Source of the DNA: Octopus sinensis
Taxonomy: Eukaryota
Direction of reading: 5' to 3'
DNA: 64,000 nucleotides
Assembly: GCF_006345805.1 (NCBI RefSeq)
Contig: NC_043010.1
Location: 25,792,001-25,856,000 of the forward strand
Both the position numbers and the translations under genes were made by a program. This document shows positions 1 through 12,267 of this stretch, piece after piece (position 1 is the first letter of the stretch; the number at the start of each line of letters is the position of its first letter). Below the pieces are notes generated by a model that worked only from the letters and a program-made list of their open reading frames with translations, had not been told where the DNA came from and ran no database searches.

Positions 1-344
1 CATACATATATATATGTGTGTGTTGTGTTTGTACCCCCATGTGGTCACACTACGCGATAGTCATAAACGAGTGCCACCATTATACAAAGCAGTGTCCTTT
101 GTTTCCAAACATAACCAGCCAAGAGGAAGGACATCCGTCACAAAAAACATCTCCTTCAACACACTTCATCTGATCCAAGTAGGCATGGAAAAGCACAATG
201 GTATTCTCCCATAATTCAGCATGTTTTCCATGAAAGACTGGAAACAAACAACCTCACTTGTATGACAATGAGGATCGTTTACAACTGTCGCATGATGACT
301 AGACAAGGGTACACACAAACACACACATATATACATATACATAT

Positions 345-437
345 ATACTGCAGGCTTATTTCAGTTTCCCTCTACCAAATCCACTCATAAGGCTTTGGCT
401 GATCCAGGGCAATAGTAGAAAACATTTCCCCAAGGTG

Positions 438-489
<52 letters not shown>

Positions 490-744
490 GTGTGTGTGTG
501 TGTATGTATATTTATATATATATATAAATATATGTAGGTGTGTGTTTGTGTTTGTCCCCCACCGTCGCTTGACAACTGATGTTGGTATGTTTATGTCCCT
601 GTAACCTAGCAGTTTGGCAAAAGACATCGATAGAATAAGTACTAGGCTTACAGAGAATAAGTCCTGGGGTCAATGTGTTTGACTAAAGATGTTGCTCCAC
701 ATGGCTGCAGTTAATTGACTGAAACAAATAAAAGAATAAAAGAA
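345..744. mobile_element. SINE family A fragments: head part on - strand (345-440), tail part on + strand (~530-744), separated by (TA)n/(TG)n
   Basis: Matches full copies at 7411-7796 and 12723-13111 (ccaaatccactcataaggctttgg; gaataagtcctggggtc...gactgaaacaaataaaaga). Confidence 0.75.
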
Positions 745-1702
745 CATCGTTCCATTTGTTGGATAGATCATCTTCAAGGTCTTACCTTGCCTGTTTACAC
801 CTGTTCAAAGTTTTACCTGAAGATGGTGGATTTATACCATGGTGTTATCTATGACTACATCAATAAAATTCTACCAAAACAGCTACAGTAAATTTTAAAC
901 CCCATTTGAGTTCTTTTTATATCTACCCCACACCTGAAACTAACACTGAGTTGGACCTATGGTTTATATTGAATTTGGTACCTACATATATATATACACA
1001 CACCTGCAGTACACTATAAACACATGATACCTCATGGTTGTTTTATCTCATGAACCCCACATCATGGTACCTAGCCAGTTATGGCATCCTATGTGTTGAT
1101 GCACCTGGATTCTAATGAATCCCATGACTAATCAATGTATATATATATATGTTTGTATATGCATTTGTGTACATGTGTGTGTATGTTTGTGTGTGTGTGT
1201 GATACACACTTTCTCATATATATACATTTACACATTAATATATATCTGTACCTACATACCAGTGTGTGTGTGTAACAATGTTGGCAATGACTTTTTTGGA
1301 CATACTTACCCACACCAGTCCTGTATCAGTTAAGATGTTCCCTGTTTCTTCATATCTTCTATTTCAAAGATTCTAACAACCAACAGTGCCTATTGTTACT
1401 GACCCAGTTAAGGGCACTTAATTCTCTAAAGACTTGTTTATTTCAAACACATACATACACACACAGAGTCTTTCTTTCTCATTCACTCTACCTACCTACC
1501 TACCTATCTTTCTGCCTATCTCTTTTTTACTTCCTTCCATCCCCCTCTCTTTCTCTCTCTCTCTCTGTCTTTCCTTCCCTCCTGCTCTCTATCACTTCTC
1601 TCTAGAACTTCTATAAGGATAAATTGCTACCTGAATAGTTTCTGAATGAAAAAACCCCAAGATTGTCACTATATAAATATCTTTTCATGTTGACCTTTTC
1701 AG

Positions 1703-1745
1703 GGCTCTGAAGTTAGTGAAGATGGCATTAGTAAACTACCCTCAG
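1703..1745 (+). CDS. E93: Probable 43-nt internal coding exon of the E93/Mblk-1 gene (GSEVSEDGISKLPS-G, phase 0 to phase 1)
   Basis: Acceptor ttgaccttttcAG and consensus donor CAG|GTAAGT; open frame; its phase-1 end joins the phase-1 start of exon 16387 (G|GG TTC). No homology evidence for the peptide itself. Confidence 0.5.
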
Positions 1746-1813
1746 GTAAGTGTTGACTTCTTGATATTATTCCGATCTTTTGTGTCAAACAGTCATCAAA
1801 CAAGTTAACTCTA

Positions 1814-1844
<31 letters not shown>

Positions 1845-2054
1845 TCACATTCTTTTGCACACGCACACACACCTGCCAGCACCCACCTCCATCCTTCCTT
1901 ATTGTCACGTTTGCTCTTGACTATTCTTATAACAATACGTATGAAATATCATTTCCATCATCAACAAATTAGTCACAGCTCATTAAGTTTTTCATAAACG
2001 TATTGTTGTGGTGATGGCCTTTTTTGTTTTTTTTTTCAGTTACATTATTCAGTT

Positions 2055-2212
2055 AGTTTATGATTATCGTTACTATTATTATTATTATTATTATCATCAC
2101 TATTATTATTGTTGTTGTTGTTGTTGTTATTATTATTATTATCATTATTAGTATTATTATTGTTGTTGTTGTTATTGTTATTATGATGATGATCATCATC
2201 ATCATTATTAAT
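2055..2212. repeat. Compound (ATT)n/(GTT)n/(ATC)n microsatellite
   Basis: Direct inspection. Confidence 0.95.
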
Positions 2213-2425
2213 TTCAAATTTTCATACAAGGCTAGCAATTTCAGAGGAGGTGGGGTGAATCGATTACATCAACCCCAGTGCCCAACTGGTGCTTTATTTT
2301 ATTGACCCTGAAAGGATGAAAGGCAAAGTTCACCTCCGCAGAATTCAAACTTGGAATGTAAAGACAAATGAAATACCATTTAGTATTTTGCCCAGTGTGC
2401 AAATGATTCTGCCTGCTTGGCACCT
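2210..2425 (-). mobile_element. SINE family B copy (tRNA-like head, (ATT)n tail)
   Basis: Reverse complement of family B consensus seen at 26938-27150. Confidence 0.75.
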
Positions 2426-2433
2426 GTATCATC

Positions 2434-2480
<47 letters not shown>

Positions 2481-2483
2481 CAT

Positions 2484-2832
2484 TATTACCTCTGCCTTAG
2501 CAAAGGCGGAGGTATTGTTTTCAGTTGTGTTTGTTTGTCTTAAGAACCGCTGGATGGATTCAGATGAAACTTTCAGGGATGTTTGGCCTCGTGACTGACA
2601 CGGACTGATTAGATTTTGGGATCGATCCAGTACCAGACACGGATTCTAGATTATTTTTCTTGTTTTTTTACTTAATTTTTGAGACCAGTCGGGTTCATTT
2701 TTAGTATTCTCATTTGTGAGAGCAGTTGAGTTTATTTCAGATATTCTCATTTTAAAAATCATCTCTGACTAATCGTTGAGAGGACGTTGATGTTGCCTTG
2801 GCAGAGGTTTGAGCTCTCTGAGTAGTCTTGTT
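2484..2832 (+). mobile_element. Non-autonomous Helentron-associated (HINE/DINE-1-like) element
   Basis: 5' hairpin ACCTCTGCCT-tagcaa-AGGCGGAGGT (2488-2513), short gtttgtttgt tract, 3' subterminal inverted copy GCCTTGGCAGAGGT (2795-2808) then gagctctctgagt; T-rich flanks; second copy at 57621. Confidence 0.65.
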
Positions 2833-2857
2833 GTTATTATTATTATTATTATTATTT

Positions 2858-3060
2858 GACAGAATCGTTAGCATGCCAGACAAAATGCTTAGCAGCATTT
2901 CATCTGTCTTTATGTTCTGAGTTCCAATTCTGCTGAGGTCAACTTTTCTTTCCATCTTTTCGGGGTCAATAAATCAAGTACCTCTTATGTACTGGGGTCA
3001 ATCCAATTGACTGGCCCTTCCCAAAAAAATTCAGGCCTTGAGCCTATAGCAGAGAGGATT
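2858..3060 (+). mobile_element. SINE family B copy
   Basis: cagaatcgttagc...ttctgagttccaattc...gccttgagcctatagcagagagg followed by att/atc tail; (ATT)n on 5' side. Confidence 0.8.
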
Positions 3061-3339
3061 ATCATCATCATCATCATCATCATCATCGTTATTATTATTT
3101 TATTGTGGCTGTTGTTTTCTGCTGCTGCAATCCATCCAAGAGGAATAGGATGGTAAATTCCCTGTTAAAGCATCAGGTAGAAATAGGAATAGAAACAACC
3201 ATTTGTGTTTGCTCTCTGGTGTTAACTGACTCACTGAATTCTGAGTTCAAATCTCACCAAGTCAATATTGCTTTATGTCCTTTCAGGATTCTTAATTAAC
3301 CCTTCCACATTCAGATTACTCTATCAAATGTATCACTGA

Positions 3340-3548
3340 TTTCAAATGTTGGCACAACACCAGCAATTTCAAAGGAGGGTCTAAGTCAATTACATCAACC
3401 CCCTGTGTTCAACTGGTACTTATTTCATTGGCCCCAAAAGGATAATAAATAGCCAAGTCAACCTTAATGGAATTTGAACTCAAAACGTAAAGATCGATAA
3501 AATGCTGCTTAGCATTTTGCCTGACATGGTTATAATTCTGCTAGCTCA
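3340..3548 (-). mobile_element. SINE family B copy
   Basis: Reverse complement of family B. Confidence 0.7.
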
Positions 3549-3949
3549 ATATAATATTCTTCACATTGTGGAATCTTTTGGTTAAAATAGCATGATTATG
3601 AAAGTGTTTATCCAGCAATTTCCAGACAAAATATTTATTTCTTTAATCTTTCTTTTCAGCCGAATCACTTATAGTCATGTATTATGTGTTTGTGTGTATG
3701 TATGTATTTTGGGGTAAGTAATGTATATATGTGTGTATGTATCTGTATTCTTTTCTTTTAATTGTTTCAGCTGGAGCACCATCTTTAGTCAAGCAAATCA
3801 ACCCCAGGACTTATTGTTTTGTAAGCCTAGTACTTGTTCTATCGGTGTCTTTTGCTGAACCACTAAGTTACAGGGACATAAAGACACCAGCATTGGTTGT
3901 CAAGTGATGGTGGGAGAAGAAACACAGACACTCAAACACAGATACACAA

Positions 3950-3978
<29 letters not shown>

Positions 3979-3980
<2 letters not shown>

Positions 3981-4168
3981 TATTATATAGAAGGAGCTTC
4001 TACAGGACTAAAACTGTTTCATTCAAAAGAAATCATCAGGAAATGATTTCTTTTGAATGAAACAGTTCTAGTCCTGTAGAAGCTCCTTCTATATAATAAA
4101 TTAATTTACTCTGCTATGTATTGAGTACCTTATTTACTGTGGTTAACCCCGACTCAACCCGGGACCTA
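3979..4168. mobile_element. Penelope-like mini-element: 58-bp perfect-but-one palindrome (3979-4036 / 4043-4100) plus unique tail, with hammerhead-like core on - strand (4006-4042)
   Basis: Arms differ at one base; - strand reads CTGATGA-tTTC-tttt-GAAt-GAAAC-agtttta-GTC; flanked by (TA)n on both sides. Stem I is not clearly formed. Confidence 0.55.
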
Positions 4169-4169
4169 C

Positions 4170-4211
<42 letters not shown>

Positions 4212-4215
<4 letters not shown>

Positions 4216-4237
4216 ATGTATAGATAGATAGATAGAT

Positions 4238-4278
<41 letters not shown>

Positions 4279-4291
4279 CAGATAGATAGAC

Positions 4292-4350
<59 letters not shown>
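4212..4350. repeat. (TAGA)n tetranucleotide microsatellite
   Basis: Direct inspection. Confidence 0.95.
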
Positions 4351-4352
<2 letters not shown>

Positions 4353-4662
4353 TACATATATATGACGGACTTCTTTCAGTTTCCATCTACCAAATCTACT
4401 CAAGGCTTTGATTGGCCTGAAACTATAGTAGAAGACACTTGCCCAGGGTGCCATGCAGTGAGACTGAACCCAGAACCATGTGGTTGTTAAGCAAGTTACT
4501 TACCACACGGCCACACCTCACAAATATCCATACGTGCACATAAACACACATACATATACTAACATACACAAATATACATACATACATACACACAAACACT
4601 ATATACACAAAAAAAGCATAAACACCAGAGATTCAGCTAAACAAAAATTAATATTTTGTACA

Positions 4663-5083
4663 GACTGGCTGTGTGGTAAGTAGCTTGCTTCCCAACCACA
4701 TGGTTCCGGGTTCAGTCCCACTGTGTGGTACCTTGGTGTCTTCTACTATAGCCTCATGTTAACCAAAGCCTTGTGAGTGGATTTGGTAGACGAAAGCTAA
4801 AAGAAGCCTGTCGTATATATATATCTGTATGTATGTGTGTGTGTGTGTTTGTGTGTATATATATATGTATGTATATATGGATATATATATATATATATTA
4901 TGTATGTATATGTTTGTGTGTCTGTGTTTGTCCTCCCAACATCGCTTGACAATCGATGTTGGTGTCCTTACGTCCTCGTAACTTAGAAGAATAAGTCCTG
5001 AGGTCGATTTGCTTGACTAAAGGTGGTGCTCCAGTATGGTCGCAGTCACATGACTGAAACAAGTAAAGAAATAAAAGAATAAA
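4663..5083 (+). mobile_element. SINE family A, full-length
   Basis: tggctgtgtggtaag A-box-like and ggttcagtccc B-box-like head, central (TA)/(TG) tract, (aaaaga)n tail. Confidence 0.85.
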
Positions 5084-5394
5084 TTGCCAAGCAAACACAT
5101 TCATTATCTCTTCTACCTTTATCTCATATCTTCAAGATTTCAATGACATGAATTGATTTAAAATAACATTGTAGAGTTGGTGTGAGAAGCCAGATATGGC
5201 ATGCATGTGCATAAAACAGGAAATATGTTCAGTTAGGTCAGTTAGGGCTGGTTTAAGTGCTAAAGGGTTTAATGGACCAATCCAGGGGTCAGAGAATTGG
5301 CAAGATTGTTAGAGTGTAGCACAAGACATTCCTTGCCTTCTGAGTTCAAATCCCAACCTGGATCCAAAAAATAACAAGAAAAACAAGTTCAATA

Positions 5395-5830
5395 TCATCA
5401 TCATCATCATCATCGTCGTCGTTTAACGTCCACTTTCCATGCTGGCATGGGTTGGACGGTTTAACTGGTAACTGGCAAGCCAGGAGGCTGCACCAGCCTC
5501 CAATCTGATCTGGCAAGGTTTCTACCACTGGATGTCCTTCCTAATGCCAACTACTTCGAAAGTGTAGTGGGTGCTTTTACATGCCATTGGCATGAGGGCC
5601 AGTCAAGCTGTACCAGCATCAACCAAGTTTGAATGGTGCTTTTTATGTGCCACCAGCACAGGAGCCAGTCAGGTGGCCCTGGCAACGATCATGCGTAGTT
5701 TACTGCCCAATGATCGAAGGGTACTCTTAAATGAGCTGGTTATGCAGCACTGGCATAGGCCACAGTTATGGTCTCACTTGGCTTGCCAGGTCTTCTCAAG
5801 CACAGCATATCTCCAAAGGTCTCGGTCACT
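5395..5830 (-). mobile_element. SINE/LINE-tail family C ((GAT)n-tailed)
   Basis: Reverse complement of ggaagggcatccagc...aacccatgctagcatggaaagcggacgttaaacgatgatgat; also at 13128, 13903, 15833. Confidence 0.8.
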
Positions 5831-6059
5831 TAATGGTAGCAAAGTCTTCTCGCTAGAAAAATATAAATAAATAACTGCTCTTGCAATATTCATGCAAGCA
5901 TGGGAAACTAGATGTAAGTTTAATAAAGGAACCTTTACCTGGTTCTTCATGGTGATAGAAATAGCTCTCAAATTTCATTTAAATCACACTCTACTATCTT
6001 TTAAAAACATGAAGAACACACTTGACAATGAAGATCCTTATATATTTATATTTATATAA

Positions 6060-6061
<2 letters not shown>

Positions 6062-6107
<46 letters not shown>

Positions 6108-6114
6108 GCACACG

Positions 6115-6171
<57 letters not shown>
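6062..6171. repeat. (CA)n microsatellite with CG interruptions
   Basis: Direct inspection. Confidence 0.95.
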
Positions 6172-6177
<6 letters not shown>

Positions 6178-6181
<4 letters not shown>

Positions 6182-6568
6182 TGTTATATTTCAGAATGGT
6201 CATTTTGCCAGTTTAGCCAATAAAAACACACGTACTATATATTTGGTGTTATTTTGCTTGCTTCAGTGTTATTTATTTTTTGCATTAATCTTAATCTTAT
6301 TTCGGCCAGAGTTCTTTTGTCACGCTCTTGTGACCGCATCAGTAGTCCTTTGCTTTCTTTTTTCTTATTTGTGTCTCTCCTTACTAACCGTCAGCCATTT
6401 TGTATTTCTATTGTATGTCTTCATTTGCACATGCTTATATCTCTATGTGCGTCTATGTTTATTTAGTGTGTGTGTGGGGGATGCCTGTAATATTTGTATC
6501 TTCTGTTTATATACGTTCGTGTAATTTGGCTTAACTGACAAAATGACCATTCTGAAATAGAACAATAT
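6178..6568. mobile_element. Fold-back element with 43-bp terminal inverted repeats and a degenerate hammerhead-like core on - strand (~6295-6345)
   Basis: 6178-6220 vs 6526-6568 match 40/43; - strand CTGATGc-GGTC...GGCC-GAAA; abuts (TA)n. Confidence 0.6.
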
Positions 6569-6604
6569 CTGTTTCAACACACGACTTCACATAAAAAATC
6601 TTGC

Positions 6605-6639
<35 letters not shown>

Positions 6640-7410
6640 CATTTAATATGCACAATTACAAAAGAGCTTCTGATAGTTTCATGCTTTAAGATACCTTAAA
6701 ATGGCAGATTTATATAACATGGCAGACCTCATAAGTTTGATCATAAGTTGCTCTTCAAGGATTGATCTTGGGCTGAACAACAAATTAAGCAGTGCGCACG
6801 CGCATACAGACACACACATTATACATTTATATATTATACACATGTACACACATTCACACAATAATTATTCTGCACGTCACGACATGAGTTCGAATGTTAC
6901 ACTTTCAAAGGGAAGTAACTTCCACTTGACTGCCATTGTTATTCTTACCTGTTGTAATCAGTCAGTCAGGCAAACAGTAAGATTCTAAATGGAGAGGAAG
7001 AGTTAATCAGATTAGAAGTGTAAGTCGAAGGAAGTGACACTGATCAGAGAAATGAGGAAATAAAACATCGATGAAATAAAGACTGCTCTGAAAAGCATTG
7101 CATTCTGTGAGGTTTGGGACAAAATACTTTATTCAGCAAAGTTCCAGGATGAACACCAGAATTTAAAAAATTTTATTGACTGGTCTTCAAAAAGTTTTGG
7201 TTTAACATCAGCCTTTTGTTTTTTTTTTCATTAACTCCGATCCATTGTCTAGCTCATCTATAGTATCATTCTGTTTGTCATGGTATTTGAGTGTTATGAT
7301 TTAAACAGACTTCACTATGGAACAAAACTGAAGACAATCGAAATTTTTATAACATAAGGAAACAAGTTTGAGTGTTTTACACTTGTAGTAATAATGAGTT
7401 TGTTGTATAC

Positions 7411-7796
7411 AGGCGCAGGAGTGGCTGTGGGGTAAGTAGCTTGCTTACCAACCACATGGTTCCAGGTTCAGTCCCACTGCGTGGCACCTTGGACAACTGT
7501 CTTCTACTATAGCCTCGGGCCCACCAAAGCCTTGTGAGTGGATTTGGTAGATGGAAACTGAAAGAAGCCCATCATATATATATATGTATGTGTGTTTGTC
7601 CCCCCAGCATCGCTTGACAACCGATGCTGGTGTGTTTGCATCCCCGTAACTTAGCAGTTCAGCAAAAGAGGCCGATAGAATAAGTACTAGGCTTACAAAG
7701 AATAAGACTTGGAGTCGATTTGTTTGACTAAAGACGGTGCTCCAGCATGGCCGCAGTCAAATGACTGAAACAAGTGAAAGAATAAAAGAATAAAAA
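7411..7796 (+). mobile_element. SINE family A, full-length
   Basis: ggcgcaggagtggctgtggggtaag head to aataaaagaataaaaag tail. Confidence 0.88.
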
Positions 7797-9065
7797 GTAC
7801 CCAGATACACTACAACCTGTCAGAAAAGGGTAAAAGAGGGAACATAAAACTACAATAAGTTGAGTAAAGAAAGATAGCAATGAAAGCCCAAAGTACATGA
7901 GGAGGACACAGAAAAGTGAACAGTAAAAGAGCCATAAAGGTGAGGAAAGACTGTATGGACATGTCAGAGGTAGATTGGTAAATTTGGGGAAGCATGGAAT
8001 CTTTTAAGGATGTAGTGTTCTGTTGGCTAACAACTGACACAATTTATTTCATGCTTCCACATTTCTGAGCAAAAGAAAAATGTTTCTGTAAATCATGGAT
8101 ATTGAGCTGTCTTTTGATTTTATAAGTAATTCCATGGGTAATTGAAGTATCAAATCCAAAAAGATGTTGTTTTGAAGCTCCAGGCTGAGATTTGAACTCA
8201 GAAGGCAAGGAGACAGTACAGATATTACAGAATGCCTGGTGATACGCTCTAACAATTTTGCCAATTCTCTGACCCCTGAATCGGTCCTTTAAACCCTTTA
8301 ACACTTAAAGATGGTAGATAATCTTGTGGGCTTCTACCAGGTCAGCTGCTAGATGTTGAAACTTTAGTGTGTCAATGTTCAGAGAAGCAAGACAGAACGA
8401 CTGACAGAGGTTATTTGTTTTGGCTGTATGTCTCTGGACAGCTTCCAGCAAACAATCTTGACTGTAGAGGGTGAAATCAAGACGTAATCAAAATCTCTAA
8501 TATATTGAGAGACAGTGTTATCACAGTCTATAAATTGATAACTCAAAATAGAAATAAGAACATTTATAAAACCTGAAGTTCATATAATCCTGCCTCTCAA
8601 AATAATTGTGCTCATTAGTAATTGCTCTGTGTAATTCTTTAATGAAACCTTTCTTTCTAACTGTCATCATCATCATCATCATTTTAATGTTTACTTTTGC
8701 ATGGTTGTGAGGGTCAGATGAGAGAACATTGAGGTAGAGTTTTTCTCTGGCTGGATGGCCTTCTTGCTACCAACCTCCACTTGTTTCCGATTGAGGTGAT
8801 AATCTCCCAGTCTATTGAATAAATAAAAGCTGTGACATGTTTTATGTGGAGAACACGAAACACAATGTTTAAGGAACCTTTTGTTTATAAAGATTGTGAA
8901 ACATTTCAAGACATAATGGGAGGACCAGATACCCTTTCATGGTGGACTGCATAACAATGACACTGTCAAGAGGCCATTGTTTACACACAAGTGAACATGA
9001 GGAAAACGCATAAACACACACACATGTACACATGTGTGTGTGTGAATATATATATATATATATAT

Positions 9066-9216
9066 GAAAGGGCTTTTTCAGTTTCCATCTACCAAATCCA
9101 CTCATGGCCCAGGGCTATAGAAAAAGACACTTGCTTATAGTGCCTTACATTGGGACTGAATCAAAAACCACATGGTTTGGAAGTAAACTTCTCAACCACA
9201 CAGCCATGCCTGCACC
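9066..9216 (-). mobile_element. SINE family A head fragment
   Basis: ttttcagtttccatctaccaaatccactca...accacacagccatgcctgcacct. Confidence 0.7.
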
Positions 9217-10051
9217 TGAGTTGTGATAATAATAATTGATAATATTTATTAGACAACAATAATTTTGATATCACTTTGAACAAAAAACATAGCTGATAAT
9301 TCTAAATTGAAGGAAAAAAATTTGTATTGGATGTGATACCAATAAAGCAACAAACCGAAATATATTCAGAAAATTGTCTGAGTTTATAAGGCTATTTAGA
9401 GTTTTGTCAATGTGATTCTTTTACAAGATATGGCTTATTCCTAGATTAGATGTTTAAAAACAAAGCAACAAATGTTTGTATTTCATTTTGAAATTGAGAG
9501 ATTAACAATGTTGATCTGTTTGTTGGAATCTTGCTTTTAAGCTAACAAATTTCTCATTGAGGTACGGGTGATGTCGGATTTTATCTCCTGCTTAGTATTA
9601 TGAATAATTATCATCTAATTTTCTTTCTTGTTATTCCTGGTTTTCAATTTCCACTTTCATACCTTATCTTGCATATTTAGAACACAATTTAAACAGCACA
9701 GTTATTGTTATTGATGTTTGGTAGCACCTGATAGCCTTGACTGATTGAGCATATGTGTGTGAGTGTGTCTGTGCATACGAATGGATGCTTGTGAGTGGTT
9801 TTAATACACTTCACAGCTTGTTGTTCACTAAATTTCTTTCTAACATCAACTCAAATTTCTTATGAGATTGTATGACTTCTGATTAACTCCCATTTCTGAC
9901 ATCATTTACTGACAAATTTCTCTATAGTTATATATTATTTCAAAACTGTAAAGTCTTGGCACTGAAAATTCAACAATCAAAGTGTCTTAGAGAGACAATA
10001 GCACTTGTGTGGACTTATGATGCAAATGACTAATGAATGGTGGCTTAAAAA

Positions 10052-10281
10052 CAGTGGTTCTCAGCCAGGATCCATATGGCCCTTGGGGGTCCGTAAAAGA
10101 TTCTGCTTTTATGCTTCTACAATTCACAAACTATTTTAACAATTTTTTTGTATACAATTCCTAATTATGCTTAATTATAAAAATACTCTAGGATTTTTAA
10201 AACATAGAATGATTAGAAGGGTGCATTTGTGTAAAACAGGAATCAAAGGGGCCCATTGGAAAAAATAGTTAAGAACCACTG
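10052..10281. mobile_element. hAT (Charlie-like) MITE
   Basis: TIRs CAGTGGTTCT / AGAACCACTG; degenerate 8-bp flanks cttaaaaa / ctgcaaaa. Confidence 0.65.
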
Positions 10282-11202
10282 CTGCAAAAGGACCGCATGC
10301 AGTTATAAAGAGTATTCAGGGAAGAGGGAAACCAAGGAAAACTGGCAGGCAGGGATGTGGTTTCAAATTGCTAAACCTCACAGCAGGAATACTAACAAAA
10401 TGCTAAAACCCATGATGAGATGTTGTATCAGTCTGTCAATTTATGGACATAAAATGTTGAAGATGATGATGATGATGATGATGATGATAATGACAGTGGG
10501 AGCAAAGGTAATTGCTATTTTACATGGATGTGCCCGCATAGCCATTCAATGTTTAAAAAGTCCGGTGGTGCTCCTGTATGAACTGCAGATGCGTGGCTAA
10601 AATGAATAAAAGAATATTTTTATGATTAAATATTATTAGAAATTCTATAGAGAAATTGTTAAAATATTTTGTGTATTGTATAGAAGTATAACAAGATTAT
10701 TGCAGATAAATTTTAATAAGAAAATCTTAGGTGGACCCCCACTGGTCAAACTCTTAGACCCCACTGGTTAAACTCTTGGACATTCAGATATATGTATTAC
10801 ATACATATATCTACTTCTTTCCATTACAATACACACCAAATTACCTTTTACAGGACAAATATCCCTCAAACTATTCTTGCTGTCTTAAGAGGAGGACATA
10901 CTGCATTATGTATTCCAAGATAAATTTTGCCTGAAAAAATATGGAATTTTGCACTGTTTGGAGAAAGCGGATTGTGCACAAACCAGTTTGGTGAAGGAAG
11001 CTAAGGAAGCTTAAAGAGCTCTGAAACAGTCAGAGATTCAGAGAAACACCAGTTGAATCAGTTGATGAAAAGGAGGAGGAGGAGGAGATAGAGGGTTATC
11101 ATAGAGAGGAAAGCTGATTGACCATTCAAATGATTGGCCCATATCCTACTCCAGCAGATATTTTAAAAATCTCAGCTGCTTTCTCTACCTTCATGTCCTT
11201 AA

Positions 11203-12267
11203 CCCTTTCGTTACTATATTTCTGACCAAAATATACCCCTTATGTGTTTCAATTAATTTCTAACATAATCATAAATTTAGTCTGGTTTCATTAAACAACT
11301 ATAACTTTTTTATTTATCAATATATTAAAATGATTTTTGGAAGATAATTTAATGAAATGTTCTCAACTAATTCTATACTATAATTTTTGTCACAAAGTGA
11401 CTCTAATTGCAGGTAGATACAGGTAAATTCAACAAAATATAAAATTATTAAAATTTTTGTTCAAACATCGCTATAGAAAATGGGTTATTAGCTAATATTC
11501 AATTGGGTATGCAACAAAATTTTACTATAGAATTTGTTATTCTGGGTAACTTTCTGATACCCATAATAATATTTATGGCAAAATAGGCCTTAATTTCAAA
11601 CTATCCTTTCTTTCGCTTTGTTTACATTTAGCGTAACGGTTCGTTTCCGCCGTAATGATTTCAAATAGGCTCATTCGAAAAAGTAAATAGAAATAGTCTA
11701 AGGCTTTACTCTCCTGAGAAAGACTGTGGCTTGGTCCAGTTTCTTCAGAAAAATCACCGAAAGAAACAGTTTTTAAATTTTCACTCCATTCAGGTGCCAA
11801 TTCATTTTCTTTATCGCTGTCAGAGCTCTCGGATTCACTGTTTTCACTTTCGGAAAATGAAACATCGGATTCATTATCAAATACCTTGTGCTTTTTTTTT
11901 CAGTCATAGAGTTGGATTTATCAAGGTCTTCAGTAGAAAAGCCTTCGAATTCTGACTCACTGCTTGATATAATGAAATTCATATCCATTTTTTGTCAGAA
12001 TTACAAATTTTGAAAACACAATAGGAACAAATTTCGGAAAAAATCTCCCAAAATTCACGGAATTAAAATTACACTTCGATCATTGTACAAAACTGTAGAT
12101 GAACTGTTTATGAAGTATAATCACATGTTTTCACGAATGTACTAAAGAGATTTGCTCTGATATTCTCATTTAAATATGAATAGGTAAATACGGGCGGGTT
12201 TGGGCGGTTTGGTCACATTAACCAAAATTTTTTTCGGGTGGCTTTGGGCGGTTTGGTAACGAAAGGG
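11203..12267 (-). mobile_element. Internally deleted piggyBac element
   Basis: TTAA at 11199-11202 and 12268-12271; perfect 12-bp TIR CCCTTTCGTTAC; subterminal repeat tttgggcggtttggt twice near right end; transposase remnant inside. Confidence 0.9.
11573..11988 (-). pseudogene. piggyBac (PGBD4-like) transposase N-terminal remnant, one frameshift in an A9 run at ~11892-11900, truncated by internal deletion
   Basis: Joined translation: acidic Ser/Glu N-terminus then WSENLKTVSFGDFSEETGP...ALDYFYLLFRMSLFEIITAETNRYA, the typical start of the piggyBac transposase conserved region. Confidence 0.75.

Larger units (their letters stand above)
3745..4520 (-). mobile_element. SINE family A copy whose central microsatellite has expanded and hosts the palindromic insert at 3979-4168
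   Basis: Tail part 3745-3950 and head part 4360-4520 both on - strand and colinear. Confidence 0.75.

Noticed and set aside
3660-3713. Frame-preserving 54-nt candidate cassette exon (tttcAG...GG|GTAAGT, phase 1/1) in the E93 intron
   Set aside because: Content is TG/TATG microsatellite-like (YYVFVCMYVFW); more likely a cryptic pseudo-exon. RNA-seq would settle it.
10985-11035. Hammerhead-like ...AGCTCT-GAAA-CAG-TC
   Set aside because: No CUGANGA core (ttggtga) and no clear stem I.
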